A stretch of DNA of 64,000 nucleotides from an uncultured Clostridia bacterium (GTDB taxonomy: Bacteria > Bacillota > Limnochordia > Darwinibacteriales > DTU012): contig FIZJ01000003.1 of NCBI GenBank assembly GCA_900019385.1, positions 42,744 to 106,743 of the forward strand. Direction: 5' to 3'. The position numbers and the translations under genes were made by a program. Under the pieces are notes generated by a model that had not been told where the DNA came from, made no database searches, and saw nothing but the letters and a program-made list of their open reading frames with translations. Position 1 is the first letter of the stretch. Every line of letters starts with the position of its first letter. Of this stretch, positions 27,169 to 37,359 are shown in pieces.

Positions 27169-28527
27169 TTTCCCCAGCGGTTCCGGCTTCCGTGCCAACT
27201 GCTCCAGAAAATGGGTGCTGTAGTCCCCGGCTCGGAACCGCAGGTCGTTTAAGACCCGTTTGTGGAAGCCGACGTTGTGCTTGATCCCCTCAATCTCAAT
27301 CTCCGCCAGCGCCCCCAGCATCCGATCGACAGCCTCGTCCCGGTCGCCTCCCCATGCGATTAGTTTGCCAAACATGGAATCATAATATGGCGATATTTCA
27401 TACCCCTGATAAACATGGCTGTCCCAGCGAATCCCGTGGCCGCCGGGGACATGAATTTTCGTAATGACCCCTGGAGACGGCATAAAGTCATTCTCGGGAT
27501 CTTCAGCATTCAACCGGCACTCAATGGCGTGCGCCGAGGGGACGATCCCCTTTTGATTATATTCCAACTCGGCGCCTGCGGCTATTTGAATCTGAGCTTT
27601 GACCAAATCAATGCCGTAAACCATCTCTGTAACAGGATGCTCCACCTGAATGCGGGTGTTCATCTCCAAGAAATAGAAGTTTCGGTTCTCATCAAGCAAA
27701 AACTCAATCGTACCGGCATTGATGTACTTCACCGCCTTGGCACCCTTCACGGCAGCCCTGCCCATCTCCTTCCTGAGGGCGGGTGTGACTGCCGGCGACG
27801 GACACTCCTCGATGATCTTCTGGTGGCGCCGCTGCAGCGAGCACTCCCGTTCGCCGAAATGCACCACATTTCCGTATTGATCTCCCAACAGCTGAATCTC
27901 AATATGCCGAGGGTTGGCGATGTATTTCTCCACATAGACCTGGTCACTGCCGAATGCTGCCCCAGCTTCCGCCCGGGCAAGGCGGTACCCTTTCAAGAGC
28001 TCGTCCTCGCTGTGGATGATGCGCATCCCTTTCCCGCCGCCGCCGGCGACAGCTTTGATCATCAGCGGGTAGCCGACTTGTTTCGCAAGGGCGGCCAGGT
28101 GATCCTCATTGGCCACAGGCCCGTCGCTGCCTGGAATCACTGGGACGCCGGCCGCTTTCATAATGGCCTTGGCCTGTGATTTGTCGCCCATCTTCTCAAT
28201 TTGGGCCGCAGTGGGCCCAATCCACACCAAGCCGTAATCTTCGCAGATCTCGGCAAAATCCGCCCGTTCAGCCAGATACCCGTACCCGGGATGAATGGCG
28301 TCGGCTCCGCTCAATACCGCTGCAGAAATGATGTTAGGGATATGCAGGTAGCTGGATTGGGATGCGGCCGGGCCGACGCAAACCGCCTCGTCGGCATATT
28401 TGACATGCAGCGAGCCGCGGTCTGCTTCCGAGTAGATCGCCACCGTCCGGATGCCCAGTTCACGGCAGGCACGGATCACCCTGAGGGCGATTTCACCGCG
28501 ATTGGCAATCAAAACTTTCTTAAACAT
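27151..28527 (-). CDS. accC: acetyl-CoA carboxylase, biotin carboxylase subunit
   Basis: ANRGEIA, HPGYG, GGGGKGMR, ERECSLQRRHQK and EMNTRIQVEH. Confidence 0.96.
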   Translation of the reverse strand: MFKKVLIANRGEIALRVIRACRELGIRTVAIYSEADRGSLHVKYADEAVCVGPAASQSSYLHIPNIISAAVLSGADAIHPGYGYLAERADFAEICEDYGLVWIGPTAAQIEKMGDKSQAKAIMKAAGVPVIPGSDGPVANEDHLAALAKQVGYPLMIKAVAGGGGKGMRIIHSEDELLKGYRLARAEAGAAFGSDQVYVEKYIANPRHIEIQLLGDQYGNVVHFGERECSLQRRHQKIIEECPSPAVTPALRKEMGRAAVKGAKAVKYINAGTIEFLLDENRNFYFLEMNTRIQVEHPVTEMVYGIDLVKAQIQIAAGAELEYNQKGIVPSAHAIECRLNAEDPENDFMPSPGVITKIHVPGGHGIRWDSHVYQGYEISPYYDSMFGKLIAWGGDRDEAVDRMLGALAEIEIEGIKHNVGFHKRVLNDLRFRAGDYSTHFLEQLARKPEPLGKLSNIR

Positions 28528-28538
28528 GCAGTCACCCT

Positions 28539-28994
28539 CTATTCCGCCGGCTCAATCAGGAACAAGGGCTGGCCGTACTCCACCGGCTGCCCGTTTTCCA
28601 CCAGAATCTCCACAACTTGGCCGCGGTATTCTGACTCGATCTCGTTCATCAGCTTCATTGCTTCGATGATGCAGAGAGTCTGGCCCTTTTCCACAAATGA
28701 GCCCACTTCCACATACGGGTCGGCCCCCGGCGAAGGAGCACGGTAAAAGACGCCAACCATGGGCGCCAGTACTTCACGAAGCTTTGCCGGCTGTTCCTGG
28801 CTGGGCTGTTGGGGTTCCGCCTCTTTTGTCCCGGCGGTGGCTGAGGGTTGGGGAACATGCTGCGCCGCTTGTTGAGGCGCTGATACCTTAAGCTTGCTCA
28901 AGTGCAGCTTGAGATTGTCCAGCTCCAGCACTAACTCGGTGATGTCGCTTTCGTTGAATATGGCGATTAACTCCTTGATCTCTGCGGTTTTCAT
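28539..28994 (-). CDS. accB: biotin carboxyl carrier protein
   Basis: APMVGVFY and [14 protein letters not shown] 28994 after GGAGG. Confidence 0.95.
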   Translation of the reverse strand: MKTAEIKELIAIFNESDITELVLELDNLKLHLSKLKVSAPQQAAQHVPQPSATAGTKEAEPQQPSQEQPAKLREVLAPMVGVFYRAPSPGADPYVEVGSFVEKGQTLCIIEAMKLMNEIESEYRGQVVEILVENGQPVEYGQPLFLIEPAE

Positions 28995-29030
28995 CGCTAA
29001 CCTCCTGCACCATACGGGAAATATAGTTAT

Positions 29031-29057
29031 TTTCGACATAAGGCGGTAATGTCCTGT
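29031..29057 (-). promoter_or_regulatory. sigma-H-type promoter upstream of accB
   Basis: acAGGACA-N15-GAAAat. Confidence 0.4.
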
Positions 29058-29127
29058 TGCCTTGGTATACTTTTCCACAGGAAGGAGGTTTCATACGAAG
29101 AAAAAAACCAAGGCAGAACACCTTGGT

Positions 29128-29718
29128 TTAGGTTTGCGCCAGTTCATCGATGATCGTGATCCGATCAAACCGGATGTTGGTGAGCCGGTGCACCAGCTCC
29201 CCGATCATTTCGGCCTCCATTCCAGATAGAGTCACTGGGACCACCACCGTCGCTGTATCGTTTTCTATCAGGACCACGGCGTCGAGGAAGCCGTTGACTC
29301 TGAGTAAGTTTTCCAGCTCTGTTTCTTTTGCAATAATGTCGACAGCTTTGATCAATTCTCCCTGCAGTTCCATGCGCCGGTCGGCATCTAGTTCGCCGTC
29401 CTCCAGCATGGACTGGAGCAGATCAAGTTTCTGGCTGCGGATCCGTTCCCGCTCGATTCGGTACTCCACAAACTTGGTCGGTACCGATGTGACGGTAACC
29501 ACAACCCCTTCCTCGAGCTCACTTATGGTACGAGGTGCTTGAGCCAACACATCAAGCACATCTGCGCCGTCCATTTCCGTTTCACCGTCAAGGCTCAACC
29601 CTGCACCGACATCCACCGCCTCGTCTGTTCCATAAAACCCTGCCCAGAATGTGATCCCGATCAGGGCCAGGACAATCATCAACAGGACAACCTTGCGCGC
29701 ATGAATCACACAGTACAT
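29128..29718 (-). CDS. spoIIIAH: stage III sporulation protein AH
   Basis: N-terminal TM, FVEYRIERERIRS and ENLLRVNGFLDAVV; last gene of the spoIIIA operon. Confidence 0.85.
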   Translation of the reverse strand: MYCVIHARKVVLLMIVLALIGITFWAGFYGTDEAVDVGAGLSLDGETEMDGADVLDVLAQAPRTISELEEGVVVTVTSVPTKFVEYRIERERIRSQKLDLLQSMLEDGELDADRRMELQGELIKAVDIIAKETELENLLRVNGFLDAVVLIENDTATVVVPVTLSGMEAEMIGELVHRLTNIRFDRITIIDELAQT

Positions 29719-29728
29719 TTTCTCCCAC

Positions 29729-30265
29729 CTACCTCTTTCCCTTGGATTTTGCCAAGACCTCAATCTTGTGCGCCGGGAGCTGAAGCACGGTCTGGGCAGC
29801 CTTTAAGATTTTGTAACGGGTATGAGGGTTTTCCGCGCCTTCCGCAACGATCAGCACCCCTAAGATTTTCGGCGCATACTGTTCAAGGATCAGCGGTGTT
29901 TCGCCCGCACTGGAGCCCGCCCGCAGAATAACGGGATTCCGTGTTTGGCGTGTTTCCCCGCCTCGGTCCTCCAGTGTCACCGATTCGGCGATCACCAATC
30001 GGCTGCTCCCCTCCAATGTCACAAACACATCGACACCGCCAACTCCCACAGCTTCAGCCAGTACTTTCGCCAAGCTCGCTTCCAGCTGAGCTGCATAGCT
30101 AATCTCGTAATCAGGAGGCGCCGGTGCCGGCTGTGATGGAGAGGTCCCCATATCCGGACGGTTGAGCTGTGGTGCTTGGATAAGCATCAACCCAATCCCG
30201 ACGGCAGCCAGCAATCCAATCCAACTCAGCAGTTTCCGCTGTGATGCCGACAACCGCTCCCACAT
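29729..30265 (-). CDS. spoIIIAG: stage III sporulation protein AG
   Basis: TM, GVGGVDVFVTLE and PKILGVLIVAEGA. Confidence 0.88.
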   Translation of the reverse strand: MWERLSASQRKLLSWIGLLAAVGIGLMLIQAPQLNRPDMGTSPSQPAPAPPDYEISYAAQLEASLAKVLAEAVGVGGVDVFVTLEGSSRLVIAESVTLEDRGGETRQTRNPVILRAGSSAGETPLILEQYAPKILGVLIVAEGAENPHTRYKILKAAQTVLQLPAHKIEVLAKSKGKR

Positions 30266-30271
30266 ATTCCG

Positions 30272-30814
30272 TCACCCCCTGCTCTCACCGAATTCGACGG
30301 TTACACTGGATGGATCGATCTGCAGATATCGGGCTGCGACCGATACCGCCCAATCTTTCAGGCTCTCTTGCTCGGTGGGTGAAAGCTGTCCTGAAACCGG
30401 CCACACGATCACCCTTACCTGCCCAACGGAGCCGTCATCGGCCGTAGTGACTTCCACCTTTGCGTTTTGGATTGATCCGCTGGTGATTAACAGCGCCTCA
30501 AGCTGGGCGGCTGCGGCTGTGCCGATGAGAGTCCGCACCGGTTCCATACCGGCCAGCCCAACCTTTTGGCCTGTACCCAGCCAATCATAATCGGGAATGC
30601 TGGCGGCTGGTTCCATACCGGTGAAAAGAACAGCACCGTCCCACCCGGCACTGATGATCCCTACGATCGGCTGCAGCAGCGCTGCTGTAATGACCAACCC
30701 TATGATCGTCTTCGCCAGTTTCTTACTCTCGTTTTCCGGCAGCAGCAGATCAAAGAAGGCAATCACCAGGACCAGCCCTGCCAATGCCTTGAGCCAATGC
30801 TGCCATACTCCCAT
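30272..30814 (-). CDS. spoIIIAF: stage III sporulation protein AF
   Basis: FFDLLLPEN..KK...IGL..LLQP; operon position. Confidence 0.8.
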   Translation of the reverse strand: MGVWQHWLKALAGLVLVIAFFDLLLPENESKKLAKTIIGLVITAALLQPIVGIISAGWDGAVLFTGMEPAASIPDYDWLGTGQKVGLAGMEPVRTLIGTAAAAQLEALLITSGSIQNAKVEVTTADDGSVGQVRVIVWPVSGQLSPTEQESLKDWAVSVAARYLQIDPSSVTVEFGESRG

Positions 30815-30819
30815 CCGCA

Positions 30820-32007
30820 TCACCTCATTACGGCTGCCAAGTTGCCGATGCCGACCAGGATTGTGACGGTCAAAAAAAACATCAAAGCTGCTGTAGCCAG
30901 CGACACCATGACCAGAGTCAGCGAGCCGGCCATACTTGACACTGCGGCACACACTCTTTGGTCGCCGATCGGCTCAATCAATGCCGCAGCCAACTTGTAG
31001 ATCAAGACAATCGCCCAGATTTTCACGATCGGCAGTGCCACCAGGAAAAAAATCATCACCATTCCGAAAGCACCGATTGTGTTTTTAATCAACAGCGACC
31101 CGCCGACCACCACCTCCACAGCGTTGGCAAACATGGATCCAATCACAGGAACAACATTGCTGGTGATGAACTTGGCAGTCCGCAGCGCGACCCCGTCGGC
31201 GACAGGGGCAACAGCTCCCCGGACAGCCAGCACCCCCAGGAATACGGTGAACGCCAGTGAAAGCAGCATCGTGGCCAAATGCCTCAGCAAACCGCTCAAG
31301 CGGGTCAGGGGATAGTCTGGGGCGATCTGGGCCACAACACCGATGACGGCGCTGACATTGATCAGGGGAAACAAGATTGTCCGGATGAGGACGGCAATCC
31401 CGCTCACAACCGTGATCAACACCGGATGGAATATGGCTGCCGACGTAATCCCCCCCACACTCGCCACCATGGTGGACAACAGAGGCAGCAGCGCGTACAT
31501 GAACGACACCATGTCGTCGACAGTCTGGTAGGCCAACTCCAAAGCAGCGCGGAAACTCTGCAGCCCTATATAGATCGCAACCAAGAAACAGGCCAGAAAA
31601 GCAGCGTTCGCCAATTCCTTGTTCTCCACCGACAGCTGAAGCTGGCGAATCAGCGCTGTCAGCAAACCGATCAACAGCAGCTGCCGCATAAGGCGCGAGC
31701 TGATGATCACTTCCTTGAAAGCTGTCTGCAGCATGGCGGCCAAGACCTCAATCAGGTTGAAGCTGTTTGAGCTTTGGCTGAAGACAGCCCGCCAATCCAG
31801 ATTGGGAATATACTGCTGGTAATCTGGTTCGATCTTGCTCGCAAAGGCCGACAGCTGATCCAGTTCAAGCGCGCGCAGCTGTTCTTGCACTGACTGTGCC
31901 AATATTTCGTCATAGTCTGGACCTGAGGCGGCGAGACTTTCTCCCACCCAGGCTGTAATCAGGCAGGCAGTCAGTATAATGAAAACCATGCGGGATTTTG
32001 GAGGCAT
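30820..32007 (-). CDS. spoIIIAE: stage III sporulation protein AE
   Basis: Multi-TM; GGITSAAIFHP, DGVALRTAKF, VPVIG and EPIGD. Confidence 0.92.
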   Translation of the reverse strand: MPPKSRMVFIILTACLITAWVGESLAASGPDYDEILAQSVQEQLRALELDQLSAFASKIEPDYQQYIPNLDWRAVFSQSSNSFNLIEVLAAMLQTAFKEVIISSRLMRQLLLIGLLTALIRQLQLSVENKELANAAFLACFLVAIYIGLQSFRAALELAYQTVDDMVSFMYALLPLLSTMVASVGGITSAAIFHPVLITVVSGIAVLIRTILFPLINVSAVIGVVAQIAPDYPLTRLSGLLRHLATMLLSLAFTVFLGVLAVRGAVAPVADGVALRTAKFITSNVVPVIGSMFANAVEVVVGGSLLIKNTIGAFGMVMIFFLVALPIVKIWAIVLIYKLAAALIEPIGDQRVCAAVSSMAGSLTLVMVSLATAALMFFLTVTILVGIGNLAAVMR

Positions 32008-32021
32008 TTGTACCCCACCTG

Positions 32022-32411
32022 TCAACCTATAATCGCCAAGACTGCTGCGAGGATTGCTTCCAACACAGGCAGCGCAATCACCAGAATCACAATCTTGCCG
32101 GCAAGCTCCACTGCCACCGCCATGGCGTTCTCATCGGCGTCGCGGCAGATCTCTGCGCCAAATGAGGTGACATAGGCGATGGCGATGGCTTTCAACACCG
32201 GCCCCATATAGAAAGAATCCACTCCCGCCCTGGAATACAGACTGTTCAGCACCGATGTGACCTGCGCCAGCTGAGGTAGAACAGTCAGGACGATCACGAT
32301 AACGAAGGCGGTTGATGCAAGGACTGCCCAAGGCTTGTTGATCTCCCTAAGCTGCGCCTGGACCACAACCATGACAATGGCCAGGCCGGTCACCAAAGGA
32401 ACCCAAAGCAT
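32022..32411 (-). CDS. spoIIIAD: stage III sporulation protein AD
   Basis: LKAIAIAYVTSFGAEICRDADE..A..VELAGK. Confidence 0.92.
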   Translation of the reverse strand: MLWVPLVTGLAIVMVVVQAQLREINKPWAVLASTAFVIVIVLTVLPQLAQVTSVLNSLYSRAGVDSFYMGPVLKAIAIAYVTSFGAEICRDADENAMAVAVELAGKIVILVIALPVLEAILAAVLAIIG

Positions 32412-32427
32412 CCATCACCCCTCCCGG

Positions 32428-32625
32428 TCACCAGCGGAAGACCGCCTCCACGTTGTCAAACAGGCGCGACACCATCTGCACCAGCCACAACAGCACAATG
32501 ATCACTCCTGCAAGGCTAAGCATCTGAGCCTGTTCCTGCCTGCCTGCCTGCTGCAAAAAGATGTTCAGCACTGCCACCAGAATCCCCAGCCCGGCAATGC
32601 GGTAAATCGGTGTCAGATCGGTCAT
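32428..32625 (-). CDS. spoIIIAC: stage III sporulation protein AC
   Basis: IYRIAGLGILVAVLNIFLQQAGRQEQAQMLSLAG. Confidence 0.92.
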   Translation of the reverse strand: MTDLTPIYRIAGLGILVAVLNIFLQQAGRQEQAQMLSLAGVIIVLLWLVQMVSRLFDNVEAVFRW

Positions 32626-32639
32626 GCCCCGTTACCCCC

Positions 32640-33158
32640 TTAAATCAACATCAAGACTACCAGCGCACCCACACAAAAACCCAAATAGTTCCAGAGCCTT
32701 GCCATTTTGTCCCGTTCCTGTTCCGCCTTGATCCTGCTGTGCTCCAGCCTTTCATAGAGGATCGCCAAGTGTTTGAGCTGGTCTTCCGCGTCACTGCGGC
32801 CCAACACTGCCCCGAGCTGACTGATCAACTCAATGTCCTGATTTGCGAAACCAGCGTCAGCCAAAACCGCAAGCGACTGGTCGAGAGCTTCGGCGGCGGT
32901 CAAACCTCTGCCGCCGGCGAGCACTTCGGCGAACCGGGCGAAGAACGCCGCTGCCGGGTTGTCGATTTGGCCGGCGATGCGGCGGCAGGCCTCCGGCAGC
33001 GATGATCGGGCGTAGTGGATTTCTGTGGCCAGCATCTGAACAGCAGCAGCGAGGCTTTGCAAGTTCTGCGGTCGCACGCTGTACGACCTGGCCATAATCA
33101 ACCCTCCTGCCCCGCAGGCGGCAACCACCAGCCCTGCGCCAAGAATCCGCAGCATCAC
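32640..33158 (-). CDS. spoIIIAB: stage III sporulation protein AB
   Basis: LRILGA, RPQNL, EIHY and LGAVLGRSDAEDQ. Confidence 0.9.
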   Translation of the reverse strand: MMLRILGAGLVVAACGAGGLIMARSYSVRPQNLQSLAAAVQMLATEIHYARSSLPEACRRIAGQIDNPAAAFFARFAEVLAGGRGLTAAEALDQSLAVLADAGFANQDIELISQLGAVLGRSDAEDQLKHLAILYERLEHSRIKAEQERDKMARLWNYLGFCVGALVVLMLI

Positions 33159-33192
33159 ATCACTCCTATCATGCTACCTATTTCTATGCAGG

Positions 33193-34083
33193 CTAATCCA
33201 ATTTCAGAACCTGTTCGATGGTTCCCGGGCCACTGCGCCGCGACAGCAGGATCACCTGCTGAAAGGCGGCTCCTCCATGCCGCATCCAGGCCCTTTCTCT
33301 AACGCTGTCCCAGGCCGAGCCGTGACATGTAGCAATCACCTGGACGCCTGCCCTGGCGGCGTCTGCCAGAGCAAGCCCGTCGTTAGGATGGCCGATTTCG
33401 TCGGTGATGATCACCTGCGGCGCCATGCCTCGTAAAACCATGGCAATCCCCTGCGCTTTCGGGCATCCGTCCAGGACATAAGCGGACCAACCTACATCCA
33501 ACTGGGGAACTCCGTGGTGACACGCGGCGATCTCCGAACGCTCGTCTATCACTACTACATTGAACCCGCGGTTGGAAAGCTGACGGCTGATATCCCTCAA
33601 AAGTGTGGTTTTTCCGCACCCAGGCGGTGAGACGATCAGTGTGGAGATGATTCGTCCTGAGCGGACGATCTGCGGCATCACCTGATCCGCGGCTCCGGGC
33701 ACTTCCCGTGCCAACCGGATGTGCAGTCCGTTGATGTACTTAATTGTCTTGATCAAACCGTTTTCAAGGACAACCCGACCGCAGATGCCCACCCGGTGCC
33801 CGCCTGCCAGGGTGAGATATCCTGCCCGGATTTCATCCTCCAGCGCATACCATGAGTTTTCCGCCATTATCTCCACGGTGCGGGCGATGTCATCCGCGTT
33901 CACTCGAAAACCTTCGCTGGGGCGGCATCTGCCGGCAGCGTTCAGCCCGTACTCTATTTGCTGTTCCTTGATGACCAAAGGCTGGTTCACCCGCAGCCGG
34001 ATTTCTTCAACCTTGTCCCAATCCAGCACTGAGTGGAACAGGTTTCGGAGGTTAGGCGCCATACACTTCAGCAGCCGATCCAT
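33193..34083 (-). CDS. spoIIIAA: stage III sporulation ATPase AA
   Basis: EEIRLR, GGHRVGICG, SPPGCGKTTLLRD and DERSEIA. Confidence 0.93.
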   Translation of the reverse strand: MDRLLKCMAPNLRNLFHSVLDWDKVEEIRLRVNQPLVIKEQQIEYGLNAAGRCRPSEGFRVNADDIARTVEIMAENSWYALEDEIRAGYLTLAGGHRVGICGRVVLENGLIKTIKYINGLHIRLAREVPGAADQVMPQIVRSGRIISTLIVSPPGCGKTTLLRDISRQLSNRGFNVVVIDERSEIAACHHGVPQLDVGWSAYVLDGCPKAQGIAMVLRGMAPQVIITDEIGHPNDGLALADAARAGVQVIATCHGSAWDSVRERAWMRHGGAAFQQVILLSRRSGPGTIEQVLKLD

Positions 34084-34113
34084 TGATGTGCTCCCCTCGG
34101 CAAGTTCTAGTCC

Positions 34114-34142
34114 AATATATGCCTGATGCGGACAAGTTATGA
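34114..34142 (-). promoter_or_regulatory. sigma-E promoter of spoIIIA
   Basis: gTCATAA...CATATATT matches the sigma-E consensus; spoIIIA is sigma-E controlled in B. subtilis. Confidence 0.7.
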
Positions 34143-34228
34143 CAAAAAAAGAGAGCTTCGCCATACCTTGACGGTATGCGCGCCGCTCTCTTTCCCATCA
34201 GTCTATGTGGATGCCTTAGAGTCCAGCC

Positions 34229-34672
34229 CTAATCGTTGTCGTCCTCGTCCTCATCCTCGTCGTCGTAATCATCCTCATCGAAATCATCACTGGAGTATAC
34301 GACCTCTCCGCACTCGGGGCAGGTCACATCCACTCCGTCTTCATAGAGCAGATCCTCTTCAAAGGAAACCAGGCACTGGCAATTCGGGCATTCCATTTCC
34401 ACCATGTCGAACTCTTCGTCTCTATCGTCTTCATGGCACTCGCAGGCATACTCTTCCAAATCCGCAAGATCAGCGTCCATGGCCTCCAAGTAGTCCTCCA
34501 GCTCCTCTTGGCCGTAGTACAAGTCTTCCACATCATCGGCCAGGTCTTCCAAAACCTCCATCAGCCGGTACAGCACAGCCTTGAGTTTCTCTGGATTTGC
34601 CACATCTTCGGTACTGTCCAGCATTCCGCGCAAATATGCAATCTTTTCTTTAACGGTCGCCAACCTAAACAC
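34229..34672 (-). CDS. acidic Zn-ribbon protein (CD1247-like)
   Basis: KEKIAYLRGM N-terminus, CPNC..CPECG and a D/E-rich tail; lies between efp and spoIIIAA. Confidence 0.75.
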   Translation of the reverse strand: MFRLATVKEKIAYLRGMLDSTEDVANPEKLKAVLYRLMEVLEDLADDVEDLYYGQEELEDYLEAMDADLADLEEYACECHEDDRDEEFDMVEMECPNCQCLVSFEEDLLYEDGVDVTCPECGEVVYSSDDFDEDDYDDEDEDEDDND

Positions 34673-34693
34673 CCCCTGAGTTTTAGTATTGCC

Positions 34694-35251
34694 TTAGGCT
34701 CTGGAGAGATATTCTCCAGTTCTAGTATCCACCTTGATAACATCGCCTTGTTCGACGAACAACGGTACCTGCACTGTGATCCCGGTTTCCAGCACTGCCG
34801 GCTTGGTCGCGCCGGTCGCCGTGTCGCCCTTGAATCCCGGCTCAGTGTGGACAACCCGCAAATTGACAGTGGTCGGCAAATCAACCCCAATGGGTGACCC
34901 TTCAAAGAACTGGATGCCGATCACCATGTTTTCCAGCAGGTAGTTTGGCGCATCGCCCAGATCCTCTTTCCTCAGGCTGATCTGGTTATAGTCCGCGGTA
35001 TCCATGAAGTAAAACTCATCGTCAGCCGAATAGAGGAACTGCATCTGCCTTGTCTCCACAATCGCCCGTTCCACCCGCTCGCCGGCTCTGAAGGTCATTT
35101 CCCGCACAGCCCCGGTCTTGACATTCTTGAGCTTGGTCCGGACAAACGCCGCACCTTTGCCGGGTTTGACGTGCAGGAATTCGACCACACTGTACACATC
35201 GCCGTCCACTTGGATTGTCAAGCCTGTCCGCAGATCATTTACCGAAATCAT
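34694..35251 (-). CDS. efp: elongation factor P
   Basis: HVKPGKGAAFVRTKL, PGFKGDTA and VDTRTGEYLSR. Confidence 0.97.
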   Translation of the reverse strand: MISVNDLRTGLTIQVDGDVYSVVEFLHVKPGKGAAFVRTKLKNVKTGAVREMTFRAGERVERAIVETRQMQFLYSADDEFYFMDTADYNQISLRKEDLGDAPNYLLENMVIGIQFFEGSPIGVDLPTTVNLRVVHTEPGFKGDTATGATKPAVLETGITVQVPLFVEQGDVIKVDTRTGEYLSRA

Positions 35252-35278
35252 GCATACCTTCCCTTCTGTTCAAACTGT

Positions 35279-36340
35279 TTACTCAATCACGATCAGCTCT
35301 TTGGTCATATTGGTAAGGATATCGCACCCTTCGTCGGTCACCACAACCAAGTCTTCGATCCTCACTCCTCCCCATCCGGGCAGGTAAATCCCGGGCTCCA
35401 CAGTGACCACCACGCCTGGAGCCAAAGGCTCTTCGTTGTATTGAGACAGCCTGGGTTCTTCGTGGATTTCCAACCCAACCCCATGGCCGAGGCTGTGGCC
35501 GAAATTGCGGTCATACCCAGCCTCCTTGATGATCTCCCTGGCGATGGTATCCACCTCTTTGCCGGTCAATCCCGGCCTGAGGGCTTCTAAGGCCGCCAAC
35601 TGCGCCTTAAGGACGGTGTTGTAGATCTCCAGCTGTTTGGCATCAGGCTTGCCCACAACCAGAGTACGGGTTAGATCAGAACAGTAACCTTGGTAGACAC
35701 AGCCCATGTCAATCACTATGAAATCCCCCACTTGAACTCTCCGTTCCCCAGGAATCGCATGGGGCAGCGCTCCTCTCGGGCCCGAGCCCACAATTGGGTC
35801 AAAAGCGGCGGCCTCGGCTCCCAGTTTGCGCATGGTGTACTCCAATTCCAAGGCCAGCTCAATCTCGGCGATTCCCGGTTTGATAGAGGGAATCAAGGCG
35901 TTCAGCGCCTGTACGGTTATTTGCGCAGCCGCTGCAATCTTTTCAATCTCATCCGCGGTTTTCACCTTCCGCAGTTCAGCGACCCAGTTTTTGGTGGGGA
36001 CAAATTCCACCCCCTCGAACTTCTCCTGCCACTTGGCCAGTTGGTCGACGGTGACGTATTCACTTTCAAAGGCAATTCTCCGCGCCTTATGTCTGCCGAT
36101 CAGTTCGGCCAGCGTATCCTCGGCAGTGGTCTTCTGCAGAATGATCTCCCAGTCGGGGCTTTGCTCTTCCGCCTGTTCCGCATAGCGGAAATCTACGACC
36201 AGGGTTTTGCTGTCATGGCCGATCCAGACAAGTCCCGCGCTTCCCGTAAACTTGGTCAAGTACCGGCGGTGAGTCCGATATGTGGATATAAAAGCATCAC
36301 AACTAATCTCCGCCAAGCGGCTGCGGATCTGCTCCAACAC
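35279..36340 (-). CDS. Xaa-Pro aminopeptidase (M24)
   Basis: [32 protein letters not shown] and GVRIED. Confidence 0.93.
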   Translation of the reverse strand: MLEQIRSRLAEISCDAFISTYRTHRRYLTKFTGSAGLVWIGHDSKTLVVDFRYAEQAEEQSPDWEIILQKTTAEDTLAELIGRHKARRIAFESEYVTVDQLAKWQEKFEGVEFVPTKNWVAELRKVKTADEIEKIAAAAQITVQALNALIPSIKPGIAEIELALELEYTMRKLGAEAAAFDPIVGSGPRGALPHAIPGERRVQVGDFIVIDMGCVYQGYCSDLTRTLVVGKPDAKQLEIYNTVLKAQLAALEALRPGLTGKEVDTIAREIIKEAGYDRNFGHSLGHGVGLEIHEEPRLSQYNEEPLAPGVVVTVEPGIYLPGWGGVRIEDLVVVTDEGCDILTNMTKELIVIE

Positions 36341-36782
36341 AGTCTTGCTCCTCTCTGCACAGATAATCGATCAAGCCCTGCAGGGCCATCAAATAGCCAA
36401 AATCACCGAACCCACAGATCTGCCCTATACAGACTGGCGCGATCACCGAAGTGTGCCTGAAAGATTCCCGCTGGTAAATCTGGGATATATGCACCTCCAC
36501 AGTGGGGATCCCCAAAGCTTTGATGCAGTCGCGGATGGCATATGAATAATGAGTGTATGCGCCGGGATTGATGATTAAGCCGGCCGCTCCCCGATGCTGC
36601 TGCAGAAAGTCGATAATCTCGCCCTCGCCGTTCGCCTGGAAACAGGTAATTTGAAATCCCTGCCTACCGGCGGCGAGGGTGACCATCCTTTCAATCTCAC
36701 AAAGCTTGGTGTCACCGTACACCTCCGGCTCCCTGGCACCCAGCAAATTGAGGTTGGGGCCGTTGACAAGCAAAATCTCCAT
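36303..36782 (-). CDS. aroQ: type II 3-dehydroquinate dehydratase
   Basis: [25 protein letters not shown] and EVHIS. Confidence 0.95.
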   Translation of the reverse strand: MEILLVNGPNLNLLGAREPEVYGDTKLCEIERMVTLAAGRQGFQITCFQANGEGEIIDFLQQHRGAAGLIINPGAYTHYSYAIRDCIKALGIPTVEVHISQIYQRESFRHTSVIAPVCIGQICGFGDFGYLMALQGLIDYLCREEQDCVGADPQPLGGD

Positions 36783-37312
36783 CAAGCCTCACCTGCGTTC
36801 AAGAAACTCAAAACACTTTCCACAACTTGATCGATCGCCAAATCGGACGTGTCAATGGCATAATCGGCGATCTGCCGGTACAAGCACTCTCTTTTAGCCA
36901 AAAGCTCCAGGATGGCCCCCATGGGGTTTTCGGCTTTTATGAGCGGCCGCTTTTGGCTGCGCCCAACACGCTGGAGTATAACTTCTGGCCGAGCCTGAAG
37001 CCAGACAATCCTGCTGCCCATGCTGCGGCTTTGCTCCAGTAAGGTCCGTGCCGCCGGCTGAGTCACAATCCCGCCGCCAGTCGCAATCACTTGATTGGAA
37101 TCCTGCAGTACAGCTTCCAGCACTTCAAGTTCGATCCGGCGGAAGAATTCTTCGCCGTGACGGCGGAAAACGTGGGCAATACTACACTGAAGCTTGTCTT
37201 CAATGACTTGATCAGTATCCAGATAAGTCCAGCCAAGCCTTTGGGCACACAGACGGCCGACCGACGTCTTGCCGGCAGCCATGAAACCAATCAGAATCAA
37301 GTTCTGAACCAT
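36782..37312 (-). CDS. aroK: shikimate kinase
   Basis: [27 protein letters not shown] and RPL. Confidence 0.93.
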   Translation of the reverse strand: MVQNLILIGFMAAGKTSVGRLCAQRLGWTYLDTDQVIEDKLQCSIAHVFRRHGEEFFRRIELEVLEAVLQDSNQVIATGGGIVTQPAARTLLEQSRSMGSRIVWLQARPEVILQRVGRSQKRPLIKAENPMGAILELLAKRECLYRQIADYAIDTSDLAIDQVVESVLSFLNAGEA

Positions 37313-37359
37313 GGGATTAGCCTCTTTAAGCACCTGCGATGTCAACAAAACTTCTTTCT

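Noticed and set aside
34240..34290. (TCG/TCA)n-like low-complexity tract as a microsatellite or contingency locus
   Set aside because: Imperfect, and it simply encodes the Asp/Glu-rich tail of the protein
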